A stretch of DNA of 32,000 nt from a cyanobacterium endosymbiont of Braarudosphaera bigelowii (GTDB lineage Bacteria; Cyanobacteriota; Cyanobacteriia; Cyanobacteriales; Microcystaceae), in contig NZ_AP024987.1 in assembly GCF_020885515.1 (NCBI RefSeq), positions 360,001 to 392,000 on the forward strand. Direction: 5' to 3'. The notes beneath the pieces were generated by a model that saw only the letters and a list, made by a program, of their open reading frames with translations, did no database searches and had not been told where the DNA came from. The position numbers and the translations under genes are program-made. Position 1 is the first letter of the stretch. The number at the start of each line of letters is the position of its first letter. This document shows, piece by piece, positions 1 to 13,577 of this stretch.

Positions 1-1
1 T

Positions 2-889
2 TCTATTTTAGGTTCACAAAAACCTTATATAAGCGATTTGCTAACATTAGGGGATTCTTGGTTAACTCAAGCTATTCAAAAAGATTTAATTCAACCTATA
101 GCTATAGATAATTGGCACAATTGGCATAAATTACCATCCTATTGGCAAAATTTAGTAATAAGAGATCAAAGTGGAAATTTGAATAGAGATGGGTTTATTT
201 GGGGAGCACCTTATCGATGGGGAACAACTTTAATAGCTTATCGAATTGATAAATTAAACTGGGATATTAAAGATTGGGACGATCTATGGAATCCAAAGTT
301 ACAAAATCGCATTTCTTTAATTGATCAGCCTCGAGAAGTAATTGGTTTTACCCTTAAAAAATTGGGTAAATCTTATAACACTAAAAATATAAGGGGTATT
401 CCTCAACTTAAATCAGAATTGAGGGCTTTAGATAAACAAATCAAGTATTATAACTCTCAATACTACTTACAGCCTTTGTTGATGGGAGAAGCTTGGGCAA
501 GTGTTGGTTGGTCAAACGATATTATTCCAATACTTGCTAGAAATCGCAATATTAAAGCTATAGTTCCAGCATCTGGAACTTCTTTATGGTCAGATGTTTG
601 GGTTGTGCCTAAAAAAAATAATATATCAGAATTATCAGATACGGCTCAAAAATGGATCGATTTTTGTTGGCAACCTGAAATGGCAGATCTAATTTCATTA
701 TTTACAAATGCTTCTTCTCCTATGATCAATAATCTTGATACTGAACAACTTTCCCCTGAAATTGTTAGCAATCCTTTATTATATCTTCAAACTAAAACCT
801 TTGATAAATGTGACTTTATAAAACCTCTATCAAAACAGGATCAAAAGGATTATATCGAGCTTTGGTCAAAAATTAAAAGCGTTAAATAA
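2..889 (+). CDS. ABC-transporter periplasmic solute-binding protein, family 1 (PotD/PotF spermidine-putrescine type); 5' end cut by window edge
   Basis: The frame is open from base 2 (SILGSQKPYISDLLTLGDSW...) into tracked ORF 38..889, so the gene starts upstream of the window. It is Trp-rich with PotD-like blocks (GAPYRWGTTLIAYR, PASGTSLWSD). Confidence 0.7.
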   Translation, partial: SILGSQKPYISDLLTLGDSWLTQAIQKDLIQPIAIDNWHNWHKLPSYWQNLVIRDQSGNLNRDGFIWGAPYRWGTTLIAYRIDKLNWDIKDWDDLWNPKLQNRISLIDQPREVIGFTLKKLGKSYNTKNIRGIPQLKSELRALDKQIKYYNSQYYLQPLLMGEAWASVGWSNDIIPILARNRNIKAIVPASGTSLWSDVWVVPKKNNISELSDTAQKWIDFCWQPEMADLISLFTNASSPMINNLDTEQLSPEIVSNPLLYLQTKTFDKCDFIKPLSKQDQKDYIELWSKIKSVK

Positions 890-1114
890 AATTATATGAT
901 TGTGTGAACATTTTAAATATATCTTGATAAATACTGATGGTTTCAGAATGCTTTTCCATTTAATACGTTTATACAACTATATTTATAGTTTATTGCTATT
1001 TCAATATTGTAATTTTGTTCAGATACAAGTATAGATATATTATTTATTTGTACTAAACGTTGTAAATATAAAATATCTGTTATCTTTATATAAATTAGTG
1101 ATCTTATCAAAGTC

Positions 1115-2218
1115 ATGAAACGTCGCCATTTTATTAGTAATACTGCATTAGGTACAACTGTTGCAACTGCTTTAGGATCTTGTACGAGTAATTCTATTCA
1201 AAGAAGCAATTATGATATTTCATTGCCTTTTGTGCATTGGAAAATGCAGACTAGTTGGCCCAGATCATTAGATACAATTTTTGGTGGAGCACAAACTATC
1301 TGTGACCGTGTTAATGGCATGAGTGGGGGAAAATTTGTCATCACACCATATGCTAGTGGAGAAATTGTGCCAGGATTGGAAGTTTTAGATGCTGTTCAAC
1401 AAGGTACGGTAGAATGTGGTCATTCTTCAAGTTATTACTACATAGGGAAGAACTCTACTTTAGGTTTTGGAACATCTATGCCTTTTGGTTTTAATGCACA
1501 GCAACAAAATGCTTGGCTTTATCATGGAGGTGGCTTGGAGGCTATGAATAGAGTCTATTCAGACTTTAACATCATTAATTTCCCTGCTGGGAATACAGGG
1601 GCACAAATGGGTGGATGGTACAAGCAAGAGGTAAAATCTGTAAATGATTTAAAAGGTCTAAAAATGAGAATTCCTGGACTAGGAGGTCAGGTTATGTCTC
1701 GTTTGGGTGTTAATGTGCAAGTTTTACCTGGAGGTGAAATTTTCCTTGCGTTAGATACTGGAGCTATAGATGCTGCAGAATGGATTGGTCCTTATGATGA
1801 TCAAAAACTGGGTTTAAACAAAGCAGCTTCTTATTACTACTATCCTGGTTGGTGGGAGTTAGGGGCAACTTTAGATTTGCAAATTAATAAAGATGCTTGG
1901 AGAAAATTGCCAAAGGAATATCAATATATTTTGAAAGCTGCAACAATAGAGGCAAATTCTAATATGTTAAGTAGATACGATGCCCAAAATCGGATTGCAC
2001 TACAGTCTCTATTAAGAGAAGGAACTATTTTAGTTCCTTATTCTAAAGAAATTATGCAAGCGGCTAGAAAAGAATCGTTTGAATTATATGAAGAGAATGC
2101 AAGTAAAAATAAAATGTTTAGAGAAGTATACAGATCATGGAATAAATTTAGGGAAGAAATTTCTCAGTGGAATAGAATTAATGAATTAAGTTATGGAAAT
2201 TTTATTTCCGAACTTTAG
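1115..2218 (+). CDS. TRAP-transporter periplasmic solute receptor (DctP family, COG4663-like)
   Basis: N-terminus MKRRHFISNTALG...ALGSCTS looks like a twin-arginine signal with a possible lipobox Cys. The body has DctP-type blocks (WKMQTSWP, AQMGGWY, DAAEWIGPYDD, YYYYPGWWE). No dctQ/dctM follows; the rRNA operon does. Confidence 0.8.
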   Translation: MKRRHFISNTALGTTVATALGSCTSNSIQRSNYDISLPFVHWKMQTSWPRSLDTIFGGAQTICDRVNGMSGGKFVITPYASGEIVPGLEVLDAVQQGTVECGHSSSYYYIGKNSTLGFGTSMPFGFNAQQQNAWLYHGGGLEAMNRVYSDFNIINFPAGNTGAQMGGWYKQEVKSVNDLKGLKMRIPGLGGQVMSRLGVNVQVLPGGEIFLALDTGAIDAAEWIGPYDDQKLGLNKAASYYYYPGWWELGATLDLQINKDAWRKLPKEYQYILKAATIEANSNMLSRYDAQNRIALQSLLREGTILVPYSKEIMQAARKESFELYEENASKNKMFREVYRSWNKFREEISQWNRINELSYGNFISEL

Positions 2219-2307
2219 TCAATATCCCTGGTTACCGTAGGTATTTTGTGATTTAAGAGTGGTCTAATAAAATTATTTTACTTTTTCATACACATACTAT
2301 ACACGCT

Positions 2308-2345
2308 AAAAGCCCCCCTTTTTAATAATAAAAAGGGGGGCTTTT
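2308..2345. terminator. Symmetric bidirectional intrinsic terminator, shared by the TRAP receptor gene (+) and the rRNA operon (-)
   Basis: Perfect 16-bp stem aaaagccccccttttt (2308-2323) / aaaaaggggggctttt (2330-2345), loop aataat. The G6/C6 core is flanked by A and T runs, so a U-tract follows the hairpin on either strand. It lies 16 nt beyond the 5S 3' end. Confidence 0.85.
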
Positions 2346-2360
2346 AGTTGAAATATTGAT

Positions 2361-2478
2361 TCTGGCATCGAACTATTGTTCCAGTGGGCTACCCCAAAAG
2401 TATCGTCGCCGCTGCCATGTTTAACTACCGAGTTCGGGATGGGATCGGAGTGGGTCCATGGCGCTAAAGACACCAGAA
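2361..2478 (-). rRNA. rrf: 5S ribosomal RNA
   Basis: The reverse complement reads ttctggtgtctttagcgccatggacccactccgatcccatcccgaactcggtagttaaac...gatgccaga. This is a typical cyanobacterial 5S of about 118 nt with the conserved CCGAUCCCAUCCCGAACUCGG block. Confidence 0.9.
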
Positions 2479-2494
2479 AGTATTTAACATATAC

Positions 2495-2525
2495 CCTCAA
2501 GACTGCAGTTAACAAATCAACATTG
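2495..2525 (-). other. 3' half of the 23S rRNA processing stem (pairs with ITS segment 5439..5472)
   Basis: actgcag (2502-2508) and tcaacatt (2517-2524) are exact complements of ctgcagt (5457-5463) and aatgttga (5439-5446). Flanking bases can pair with G-U wobbles. This is the usual RNase III-type stem enclosing 23S. Confidence 0.55.
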
Positions 2526-2530
2526 AAAAG

Positions 2531-5406
<2,876 letters not shown>

Positions 5407-5462
5407 TTTCTGGTCTTTAATTAAAAAATTAAGGCTTTAATGTTGACTTGTTTTATCTGCAG

Positions 5463-5472
5463 TTTTCAAGGT
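5463..5472 (-). promoter_or_regulatory. ITS Box A antitermination motif (ACCTTGAAAA)
   Basis: The reverse complement of ttttcaaggt matches the conserved cyanobacterial ITS Box A (GAACCTTGAAAA). It is preceded by a Box B-like hairpin ctgga-tggttattg-tccag. Confidence 0.6.
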
Positions 5473-5555
5473 ACTTACTGGACAATAACCATCCAGCATC
5501 CTGTCTTTTATAGACCTAGTGCTGAAGTATTTATGTCTCAAGAATATGGGTTAGA

Positions 5556-5629
<74 letters not shown>

Positions 5630-5643
5630 TCTCCCGGAACCCA

Positions 5644-5661
5644 TTTATAGTTTAAAAGCTG
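5644..5661 (-). other. 3' half of the 16S rRNA processing stem
   Basis: tttatagtttaaaagctg is the exact 18-nt reverse complement of the leader segment at 7356..7373. The two segments bracket the 16S gene. Confidence 0.75.
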
Positions 5662-5740
5662 TTTACATTTCCCTTGACGACCTTAGGATTGATGAAAGGT
5701 AGAGCTATATTTTACTCCATATCTTTCATTGGTCTCCCTA

Positions 5741-7228
<1,488 letters not shown>

Positions 7229-7355
7229 TGTTTGAATTGACTCTTTGCTTTTTCCTTATTTGGAAAAAGTAGTTATCAGTTTTACCTACATATGTCTAGA
7301 CAACTAGATATTATGAAAGGTATAATTTGTTTTAATAACAAGGGCTGTTTTTTTT

Positions 7356-7373
7356 CAGCTTTTAAACTATAAA
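7356..7373 (-). other. 5' half of the 16S rRNA processing stem (leader)
   Basis: cagcttttaaactataaa is the perfect complement of 5644..5661. Confidence 0.75.
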
Positions 7374-7374
7374 A

Positions 7375-7420
7375 ATTTCTTGGTTCGGAGCGCGTCCGGC
7401 GTTTCCGCTTTCAAACCGCG
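7375..7420 (-). promoter_or_regulatory. rRNA leader: GC-rich hairpin (Box B-like) followed by a Box A-like motif
   Basis: The minus-strand RNA reads gcgcggtttgaaagcggaaacgccggacgcgctccGAACCAAGAAAT. It has an outer gcgcg/cgcgc pairing and an inner gcg-GAAA-cgc tetraloop hairpin. GAACCAAGAAAT resembles Box A (GAACCTTGAAAA). This is the only GC-rich island in an otherwise AT-rich spacer. Confidence 0.5.
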
Positions 7421-7428
7421 CATTTACA

Positions 7429-7457
7429 AATATAACCAATATGTCTTGAATTGTCAA
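7429..7457 (-). promoter_or_regulatory. rRNA operon promoter (sigma-70 type) with an A/T-rich UP-like element upstream
   Basis: On the minus strand: TTGACA (7457-7452), a 17-nt spacer attcaagacatattggt, then TATATT (7434-7429). Immediately upstream is atatatatatatcttaaaaaaaatagaaaagggg. The predicted start is about 7 nt downstream, just before the GC-rich leader hairpin. Confidence 0.7.
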
Positions 7458-7665
7458 CCCCCTTTTCTATTTTTTTTAAGATATATATATATAATTCTTC
7501 CGAATCTCTTGCTAGATAGACCTTCTAGCCTTATCTCTGTTCCTCGCTTAAGTACTTATCACCTCCAGTACCCTTAATTCGATTGATTCTTTTTAAGACT
7601 AGATATGAAATATTTCTTTAGCACTTTTTAACAAAAATCTATACATTAACCTAGTACCCTGTGGC

Positions 7666-7710
7666 AAAATAAATGATATTAACTACATAGTCGTTAATAT
7701 CATTTATTTT
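7666..7710. repeat. Perfect 18-bp inverted repeat with a 9-nt spacer, 28 nt upstream of the chlI start codon
   Basis: aaaataaatgatattaac (7666-7683), tacatagtc, gttaatatcatttatttt (7693-7710). A TATAAT hexamer lies at 7724-7729. Confidence 0.8.
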
Positions 7711-7738
7711 TAATTACAATCACTATAATCAAATCCAG

Positions 7739-8815
7739 ATGACCCTACCTCTACCATCACCTTTAAAGAATCATCGCGCCGCTTTTCCCTTTACAGCCAT
7801 TATTGGGCAAGATGAAATGAAACTAGCCTTGATGCTTAATATTATTGATCCAAAAATTGGGGGTGTTATGATCATGGGTGATCGTGGCACTGGAAAATCT
7901 ACTACTATCAGAGCCCTTGCAGACTTACTTCCTGAAATAGAAGTCGTAGAAAATGATCCGTTTAACTCTCATCCTACTGACCCTGACCTTATGGGTGATA
8001 ATGCTCGTCAAACTCTCCAAAAAGATGGTTCACTAGTAACTATCTCTCAGAAAGTTACTATGGTAGATTTACCACTCGGTGCTACAGAAGATCGTGTATG
8101 TGGCACTATAGATATTGAAAAGGCTTTATCAGAAGGAGTAAAAGCTTTTGAGCCAGGATTACTAGCTAAAGCTAATCGTGGCATTCTTTATGTAGACGAA
8201 GTTAATTTACTTGATGATCACTTGGTTGATGTATTACTTGATTCAGCTGCTAGTGGATGGAATACAGTAGAAAGAGAGGGTATCTCTATTAGACATCCAG
8301 CTCGTTTTGTATTAGTAGGTTCAGGAAATCCAGAAGAAGGCGAATTAAGACCACAGTTACTTGACAGATTTGGGATGCATGCTGAAATTCGCACAGTTAA
8401 AGACTCTTTTTTACGAGTAGAAATAGTAGAACAAAGGACTCAATTTGATAGTGAGCCTCAAAAATTTTGTGAAGCTCATCAAGTTAGACAAGAAGAATTA
8501 CAAAAAACTTTAGTAAAAGCTCAAAATTTATTACCACTTGTTGAAATCGATCGCGACTTACAAGTAAAAATTTCTCAAGTCTGTTCCGAATTAGATGTTG
8601 ATGGATTAAGAGGAGATATAGTTGTTAATCGTGCTTCAAAAGCATTGGCAGCACTTGAAAAGCGTAAAAATGTCACAATAGAAGATATCAGCTCAATAAT
8701 CGTACTCTGTCTTCGCCATAGACTTCGAAAAGATCCCTTAGAAACAATAGACTCAGGTTATAAGGTTAAAAAGATTTTTAATCAAATATTTGGTATTGAA
8801 TCAGAAGAGAATTAA
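7739..8815 (+). CDS. chlI: Magnesium chelatase ATPase subunit I
   Basis: It has the hallmark ChlI sequence [55 protein letters not shown]. Walker A/B ([13 protein letters not shown]) and the LLDRFG arginine-finger region are present. Confidence 0.95.
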   Translation: MTLPLPSPLKNHRAAFPFTAIIGQDEMKLALMLNIIDPKIGGVMIMGDRGTGKSTTIRALADLLPEIEVVENDPFNSHPTDPDLMGDNARQTLQKDGSLVTISQKVTMVDLPLGATEDRVCGTIDIEKALSEGVKAFEPGLLAKANRGILYVDEVNLLDDHLVDVLLDSAASGWNTVEREGISIRHPARFVLVGSGNPEEGELRPQLLDRFGMHAEIRTVKDSFLRVEIVEQRTQFDSEPQKFCEAHQVRQEELQKTLVKAQNLLPLVEIDRDLQVKISQVCSELDVDGLRGDIVVNRASKALAALEKRKNVTIEDISSIIVLCLRHRLRKDPLETIDSGYKVKKIFNQIFGIESEEN

Positions 8816-8919
8816 TATGATTAGGTTCGTAGAGTCATTTTGAAATCTATTACATTGACTCTACAACTTTAGTTATAAAATTTAAAAAAATCTGATAATT
8901 CTAGTTTCCCTTTTTAAAC

Positions 8920-9306
8920 TCAATTTTCTATCTGAATTAACTCAATTGCATAACCATTGGGATCTACGATAAATGCAATGACTGTATTTCCATATTTCAT
9001 GGGTCCAGGTTCTCTAGTAACATTCCACCCTTTTTGCTTAATTGCGTTACAGGTAGAATAGATATTATTAACACCAATTGCGATATGTCCATATGCATTA
9101 CCTAAATTATAATTTGTAGGTTTCCAATTATGTGTTAATTCAATTAATGTTGAGTTAGACTCTTGAGAATACCCTACAAAAGCAAGGGTGAATTCTCCTT
9201 CCGGATAATCTTTTCTTTTAATTAATTTCATTTCTAGAATGTCGCAGTAAAAGCTTAAAGATTCTTCTAGATCCTTAACTCGTAACATCGTATGGAGAAG
9301 ATGCAT
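8920..9306 (-). CDS. gloA: Lactoylglutathione lyase (glyoxalase I)
   Basis: MHLLHTMLRVKDLEESLSFY...ELTHNW...GHIAIGV...GYAIELIQ. This is the VOC-fold GloA pattern with the metal ligands H/E/H/E in the expected positions. Confidence 0.9.
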   Translation of the reverse strand: MHLLHTMLRVKDLEESLSFYCDILEMKLIKRKDYPEGEFTLAFVGYSQESNSTLIELTHNWKPTNYNLGNAYGHIAIGVNNIYSTCNAIKQKGWNVTREPGPMKYGNTVIAFIVDPNGYAIELIQIEN

Positions 9307-9803
9307 AGTTATATTTTTTCTTAAATAATTTTTCTGATATACAAATATAAGATTGGGTATCGTACCATCATTTATTGGTTGTAAATGATTACTAATTTCA
9401 TTTTACAATGAAAAGATTTAAAACAATTATTTTCATCAAACTGTACATAACACACCATATTATCCATATATACGAAAAATATAATATAATAATCAGGTGA
9501 AATTATTAATAATAATGTAATTTTTAGAGAACATAAATTATGTTCCTATCTACATTCATTTCATAGCAAACGCATAGTTTATTTAAGGAAGAAGGCCAGC
9601 TAGTATAAGCTTAAGATATATACCCTCTTTATATTCCTAAAACATTACACTTTTTGTAAGCACTAAAAAATTTATGAAATCAAATATCAACAACATAGTC
9701 AGATATAGATATTTACTATATGCAGAGAATAATTTATAAGAATTTAAAAAAAGTAATTAATTGTTTACGAGTTTTTTAGTTAATAATTTTAATTGATTAA
9801 GCA

Positions 9804-10520
9804 ATGGATAACATCTCATATTCTGCTACTGATGTTCAAAATATTTTTAATAATATTGCCCCTGTTTACGATGAACTTAATACTTTGTTAAGTATGGGTC
9901 AACATAAGATATGGAAACAAATGGCAGTAAAATGGAGTGAACCAAGTTTAGGTAATTTAGGTTTAGATGTTTGTTGCGGCAGTGGTGATTTGACTAAGTT
10001 ATTGGCTCGAAAAATTGGTAAAACAGGAAAAGTAATAGGAGTTGATTTTTCTAAAGAACTATTAACAATCGCTTCTCAACGTAATCATAAATATTATCCA
10101 TCCTTATCTGTAGAATGGATGCTAGGAGATGCTTTAAATTTACCATTTGAAGATAATACTTTTGATTGTGTTACCATGGGGTACGGTCTAAGAAATATTA
10201 TTGACATTCCTCGTTGTTTACGAGAACTACACCGTATTCTTAAACCTTGTTCTAAAGTTGCTATTTTAGATTTTCAGCGTCCATCTAATGCTTGGCAACA
10301 AATATTTCAAAAATTGTATCTTGATAGCTTTGTTGTTCCTGTAGCAAAACATTTCAAACTAGAAAAAGAATATAGTTATATTATGCCTAGCTTAGAAAAA
10401 TTTCCATCAGGGAAAAGGCAAGTTAAATTAGCTCTTGAAGCTGGATTTGATACTTCGGTTTACTATTCTATTGCTGGAGGTATGATGGGAGTTTTAGTAG
10501 GGACTAAAAAGTACTTATAG
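9804..10520 (+). CDS. menG: UbiE/MenG-family SAM methyltransferase (in cyanobacteria, 2-phytyl-1,4-naphthoquinone methyltransferase of phylloquinone synthesis)
   Basis: FNNIAPVYDELNTLLSMGQHKIWK is the UbiE/MenG signature. SAM motif I is LDVCCGSGD, with post-I and motif II/III blocks. Confidence 0.85.
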   Translation: MDNISYSATDVQNIFNNIAPVYDELNTLLSMGQHKIWKQMAVKWSEPSLGNLGLDVCCGSGDLTKLLARKIGKTGKVIGVDFSKELLTIASQRNHKYYPSLSVEWMLGDALNLPFEDNTFDCVTMGYGLRNIIDIPRCLRELHRILKPCSKVAILDFQRPSNAWQQIFQKLYLDSFVVPVAKHFKLEKEYSYIMPSLEKFPSGKRQVKLALEAGFDTSVYYSIAGGMMGVLVGTKKYL

Positions 10521-10578
10521 AAGCTTTTTATATATCTTCTAAATTTTAGAATGAAGGTTAATATGTTGGATTTCTTTT

Positions 10579-11832
10579 ATGATTTTATTTGATACTTCTT
10601 CTCTTGATCTATTTACTATCTCTAGTGTTATTGTTCCACCATTAGCAGGAACAATTATTGGTTATTTCACTAATGACATTGCAATTAAGATGTTGTTTAG
10701 GCCTTACAAAGCAATCTATATCGGTAAATTTCGCTTGCCATTTACCCCTGGATTAATACCTCGCAATCAAAAGAGATTAGCTAAAAAGGTTTCAGATACC
10801 ATAATGGGATCTTTATTAACTCCAGAAGAATTACAAAAACTGGTGGGACGTTTACTAAAGGCTGAGAGAGCTAAAATAGCAATTTTATGGTTACTAAATC
10901 TTGCTATCCAACAAATAAAAGAAGATAAACAGCAGAAAACAGCCAAGATACTATCAGAAATTTTAAGAAATTTATTTAACGAATCATTACCTCGTTTACT
11001 AGAACTCTTAGCACGACGTCAAGATCTCTTAGAAGATCAAATCAATCAAATTTTTGACAAAATAATATTAGATTTTCAATTTTCTGATAATCAAGCTAAT
11101 CAGTTCGCTGATTGGTTACTAGAAAAAGTAGCTTCTCCTAATACTCTTCGAGAAACATTAATTGAATTTCTCTCCGAAAAGAATATTCAGACTATCGATG
11201 AAGGTATCAAAGAAAAGACTAGCGGTTCTTATTGGTTCATAGCTAATTTTTTTGGGGTTAGTGATACTTTGCTAAAATTGAAAAATTTTTGTTTAGAAGA
11301 GAAAGAAGTAGCCAATGCACGTCTTGAAGAACTACTACTTTCTTTGGAAATACGAAATCAATTAAAAGAATGGTTAAAAAACTTTTCTCTACGCAATCTT
11401 CCTGTCTCAACTATTAAAGAGTTAAGAAAAACTAACCGTGAAACTATTCAAAAGTATATTCAAAAAAGTGGTACTAGATTCATACAAGATTTTGGTACAA
11501 CAGTTAATTGGGAGCAATTATCAATATTAATAATTAATCGTATTCAAAACTCAACTATGTTAAATACTTCTCTTGAAACTGTAAGTCAAGAGTTGGCACT
11601 GGTTTTAGAGAAGTACCTCGAAAAGAATTTAGAGACAATTGTTCTTCAGACTATTCCTATCATGTCTATTGATCAAATAATTATTGATAGGATTAAGGCT
11701 ACATCTTCCAAAAACTTAGAAATAGCAGTACAAGGAATTGTTCAAAATGAATTACAAGCAATAGTTAACTTAGGAGGTGTTTTAGGTTTTATCGTAGGAG
11801 TATTTCAGACCTTTATTATCTTATTGAAATAA
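10579..11832 (+). CDS. DUF445-family membrane-associated protein (YheB/UPF0754-like)
   Basis: N-terminal [18 protein letters not shown]...[18 protein letters not shown] is the DUF445 signature. The middle is long and helical, and there is a C-terminal hydrophobic segment [19 protein letters not shown]. Confidence 0.75.
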   Translation: MILFDTSSLDLFTISSVIVPPLAGTIIGYFTNDIAIKMLFRPYKAIYIGKFRLPFTPGLIPRNQKRLAKKVSDTIMGSLLTPEELQKLVGRLLKAERAKIAILWLLNLAIQQIKEDKQQKTAKILSEILRNLFNESLPRLLELLARRQDLLEDQINQIFDKIILDFQFSDNQANQFADWLLEKVASPNTLRETLIEFLSEKNIQTIDEGIKEKTSGSYWFIANFFGVSDTLLKLKNFCLEEKEVANARLEELLLSLEIRNQLKEWLKNFSLRNLPVSTIKELRKTNRETIQKYIQKSGTRFIQDFGTTVNWEQLSILIINRIQNSTMLNTSLETVSQELALVLEKYLEKNLETIVLQTIPIMSIDQIIIDRIKATSSKNLEIAVQGIVQNELQAIVNLGGVLGFIVGVFQTFIILLK

Positions 11833-11901
11833 CTAATTTTAAATAGCTATCTATATTCTATCTATGAGTATTAAGTTAATTATTAATATATAGGTTTGAG
11901 T

Positions 11902-12657
11902 TTACACCCCATTCAGTTTTAAAGTAGCAATATTCTTTCCAAGATTTTCAAGATGTTTTGATGATATTTTCTGAACTGCTTCTGAATTAAAACGATATCC
12001 TACATTACGTACAGTTTGAATTAAGCTAGGTTGACAAGAATCAATATCTATTTTCTTTCGCAAAGATAATACATGAGTGTCGATAGTGCGTGGATTGTCT
12101 ATAGCTTCTGGCCAAGCTTTTTGGAGTAGTTCTGAACGACTGAGAGGATTTCCTTCAACTTGTGCTAGGACGTAAAGTAAGCTAAATTCTTGTGGACTAA
12201 GGTCTATAAAGTTTCCTCGTAGTTGTACACGCCTTTGGACAAGATCAATTCTTAAGTCGCCATAATTTAAAGACAAAGGTGCAGAAGCAACACGTATACG
12301 TCTAGTCAATGCAGCTACTCTAGCCATAAATTCTTTCACTCCAAAAGGTTTTACCAAATAATCATCGGCACCTGCATTCAATCCTCTAACGACTTTTTTT
12401 TCTTCATGTTGATCAGACAATATAAGAATCATGGATTGTCTCTGTTGATAAAGCCATTGACACAATTCAATTGAATCTCCACTAGAGATATCTGTATCTA
12501 AAATAACTAGAGCTGGTTGCTTACGAGTAAAAATACTACGAGCTTGTTGTAAGTTTGAATATTGTTGTGTTGCGTAACCAGATTTTTGTAAATGCCAACT
12601 TAGTAAAGAACGTAGATGAGGATTTTCTTCAACAATGGCAGTATGAAAAAGGCTCAT
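11902..12657 (-). CDS. OmpR/PhoB-family response regulator (receiver plus winged-helix); no sensor kinase adjacent
   Basis: Receiver residues are present (LVILD phospho-acceptor Asp, ILILSD, DDYLVKPF). The C-terminal winged helix has LSPQEFSLLYVL...VWG-type block and TVRNVGYRF. Confidence 0.85.
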   Translation of the reverse strand: MSLFHTAIVEENPHLRSLLSWHLQKSGYATQQYSNLQQARSIFTRKQPALVILDTDISSGDSIELCQWLYQQRQSMILILSDQHEEKKVVRGLNAGADDYLVKPFGVKEFMARVAALTRRIRVASAPLSLNYGDLRIDLVQRRVQLRGNFIDLSPQEFSLLYVLAQVEGNPLSRSELLQKAWPEAIDNPRTIDTHVLSLRKKIDIDSCQPSLIQTVRNVGYRFNSEAVQKISSKHLENLGKNIATLKLNGV

Positions 12658-12854
12658 CTTAGTTTTTATTCCTCTAAATCAATATTCCTAATACTAGAAT
12701 ATCAAATTTTGTATTGAGAAATCTGTAATATTAACTACGACAATATATAAAGAAAACTTTAAAGTATATTTTTTACCAACAAAAAATAACATTTCAACAT
12801 ACTCTTTGCTGATAATTACCTGTTATAAATATAGAGTTTCATATATTAATGAAC

Positions 12855-12905
12855 AAACCTATAATAAAAAGTCTAAATTAAGTTTAGACTTTTTATTATA
12901 GGTTT
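12855..12905. terminator. Perfect 23-bp AT-rich hairpin downstream of the bolA-grx pair
   Basis: aaacctataataaaaagtctaaa (12855-12877), ttaag, tttagactttttattataggttt (12883-12905). It lies 26 nt after the grx stop on the minus strand. There is no clean U-tract after the stem, so terminator function is inferred from position only. Confidence 0.5.
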
Positions 12906-12930
12906 ACAATGTAATGAGAATATATACTTT

Positions 12931-13254
12931 TTAAGAAGCAAGAGCAATTTCTATTTGTTGTTGCAATTCTCCATTTTGATACATTTCAATCATTAAATCA
13001 GAACCACCAGCAAACTCACCATTAATATAAACTTGAGGGATAGTTGGCCAATCAGAATATTCTTTAATGCCTTCGCGAATCTCAGGATCACTTAGAACAT
13101 CAAAAGTCTCAAAAGTTTTTCCTAATGTGTTAAAAATTTGTACTACGTTATTAGAAAATCCACATTGAGGCATTAATTTACTGCCTTTAATGAATACGAA
13201 TATTGTATTGCTATTAACTAACTCTTCAATTCTGTTTTTAATTTCTGGTGTCAT
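12931..13254 (-). CDS. grxD: Monothiol (CGFS-type, Grx4 family) glutaredoxin
   Basis: KGSKLMPQCGFSNNVVQIF carries the CGFS active site. WPTIPQVYINGEFAGGSDL is the conserved glutathione-binding block. Confidence 0.95.
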   Translation of the reverse strand: MTPEIKNRIEELVNSNTIFVFIKGSKLMPQCGFSNNVVQIFNTLGKTFETFDVLSDPEIREGIKEYSDWPTIPQVYINGEFAGGSDLMIEMYQNGELQQQIEIALAS

Positions 13255-13307
13255 AATTACTCCTTAATATTTATTTATTGATTTAATTTTAAATTAGAAC
13301 TACATTA

Positions 13308-13577
13308 TTATGTAGCTTTAATTTTTTGTTGAGCTATTTTCCATGTTTTAGGTGTGTAAGTTTTTAATCCTAAAGCATGAATAGATTCAGAAACCATAGC
13401 ATCTTGAAGAGTACTATAAACTAATTGATGTTGTTTAATCATTGTTTTTCCCTCAAATTCTGTAGAAATGACAATTACCTCAAAATGATCACCTCCTCCA
13501 GTAAGGTCTTTGACAATTATCTGGGCTTCAGGAAGTTTAGTTTTAATCATATCTTCAACTTGTACTAGTGCAACCAT
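13308..13577 (-). CDS. bolA: BolA-family protein
   Basis: DLTGGGDHFEVIVISTEFEGKTMIKQHQLVY...IHALGLKTYTP is the BolA fold signature, including the conserved His. It sits directly upstream of its usual partner, the CGFS glutaredoxin. The start could be the internal Met (MIKTKL). Confidence 0.85.
   Translation of the reverse strand: MVALVQVEDMIKTKLPEAQIIVKDLTGGGDHFEVIVISTEFEGKTMIKQHQLVYSTLQDAMVSESIHALGLKTYTPKTWKIAQQKIKAT

Noticed and set aside
5407-5555. Absence of tRNA-Ala from the 16S-23S spacer, considered as a possible deletion
   Set aside because: Cyanobacterial ITS regions occur naturally with tRNA-Ile plus tRNA-Ala, tRNA-Ile only, or no tRNA. The remaining spacer still holds intact Box B/Box A and processing-stem sequences, so this is a normal ITS type and not damage.
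7481-7493. (AT)n microsatellite upstream of the rRNA promoter
   Set aside because: It has only about 6.5 repeats, lies within the A/T-rich UP-like tract, and is expected at this base composition. It is not a distinct feature.
7380-7577. 65-aa plus-strand ORF upstream of chlI
   Set aside because: It overlaps the rRNA promoter, the UP-like tract and the GC-rich leader hairpin on the opposite strand. Its composition is nonsensical and it has no ribosome-binding site.
11902-12657. Response regulator with Glu-Glu (IVEEN) instead of the usual Asp-Asp acidic pocket; considered as a phosphorylation-independent (NblR-like) pseudo-receiver
   Set aside because: The phospho-acceptor Asp (LVILD), the Ser/Thr position and the conserved Lys (YLVKPF) are all present, and Glu occurs at the pocket positions in functional receivers. 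The evidence is too weak to call it atypical or to assign it to NblR.
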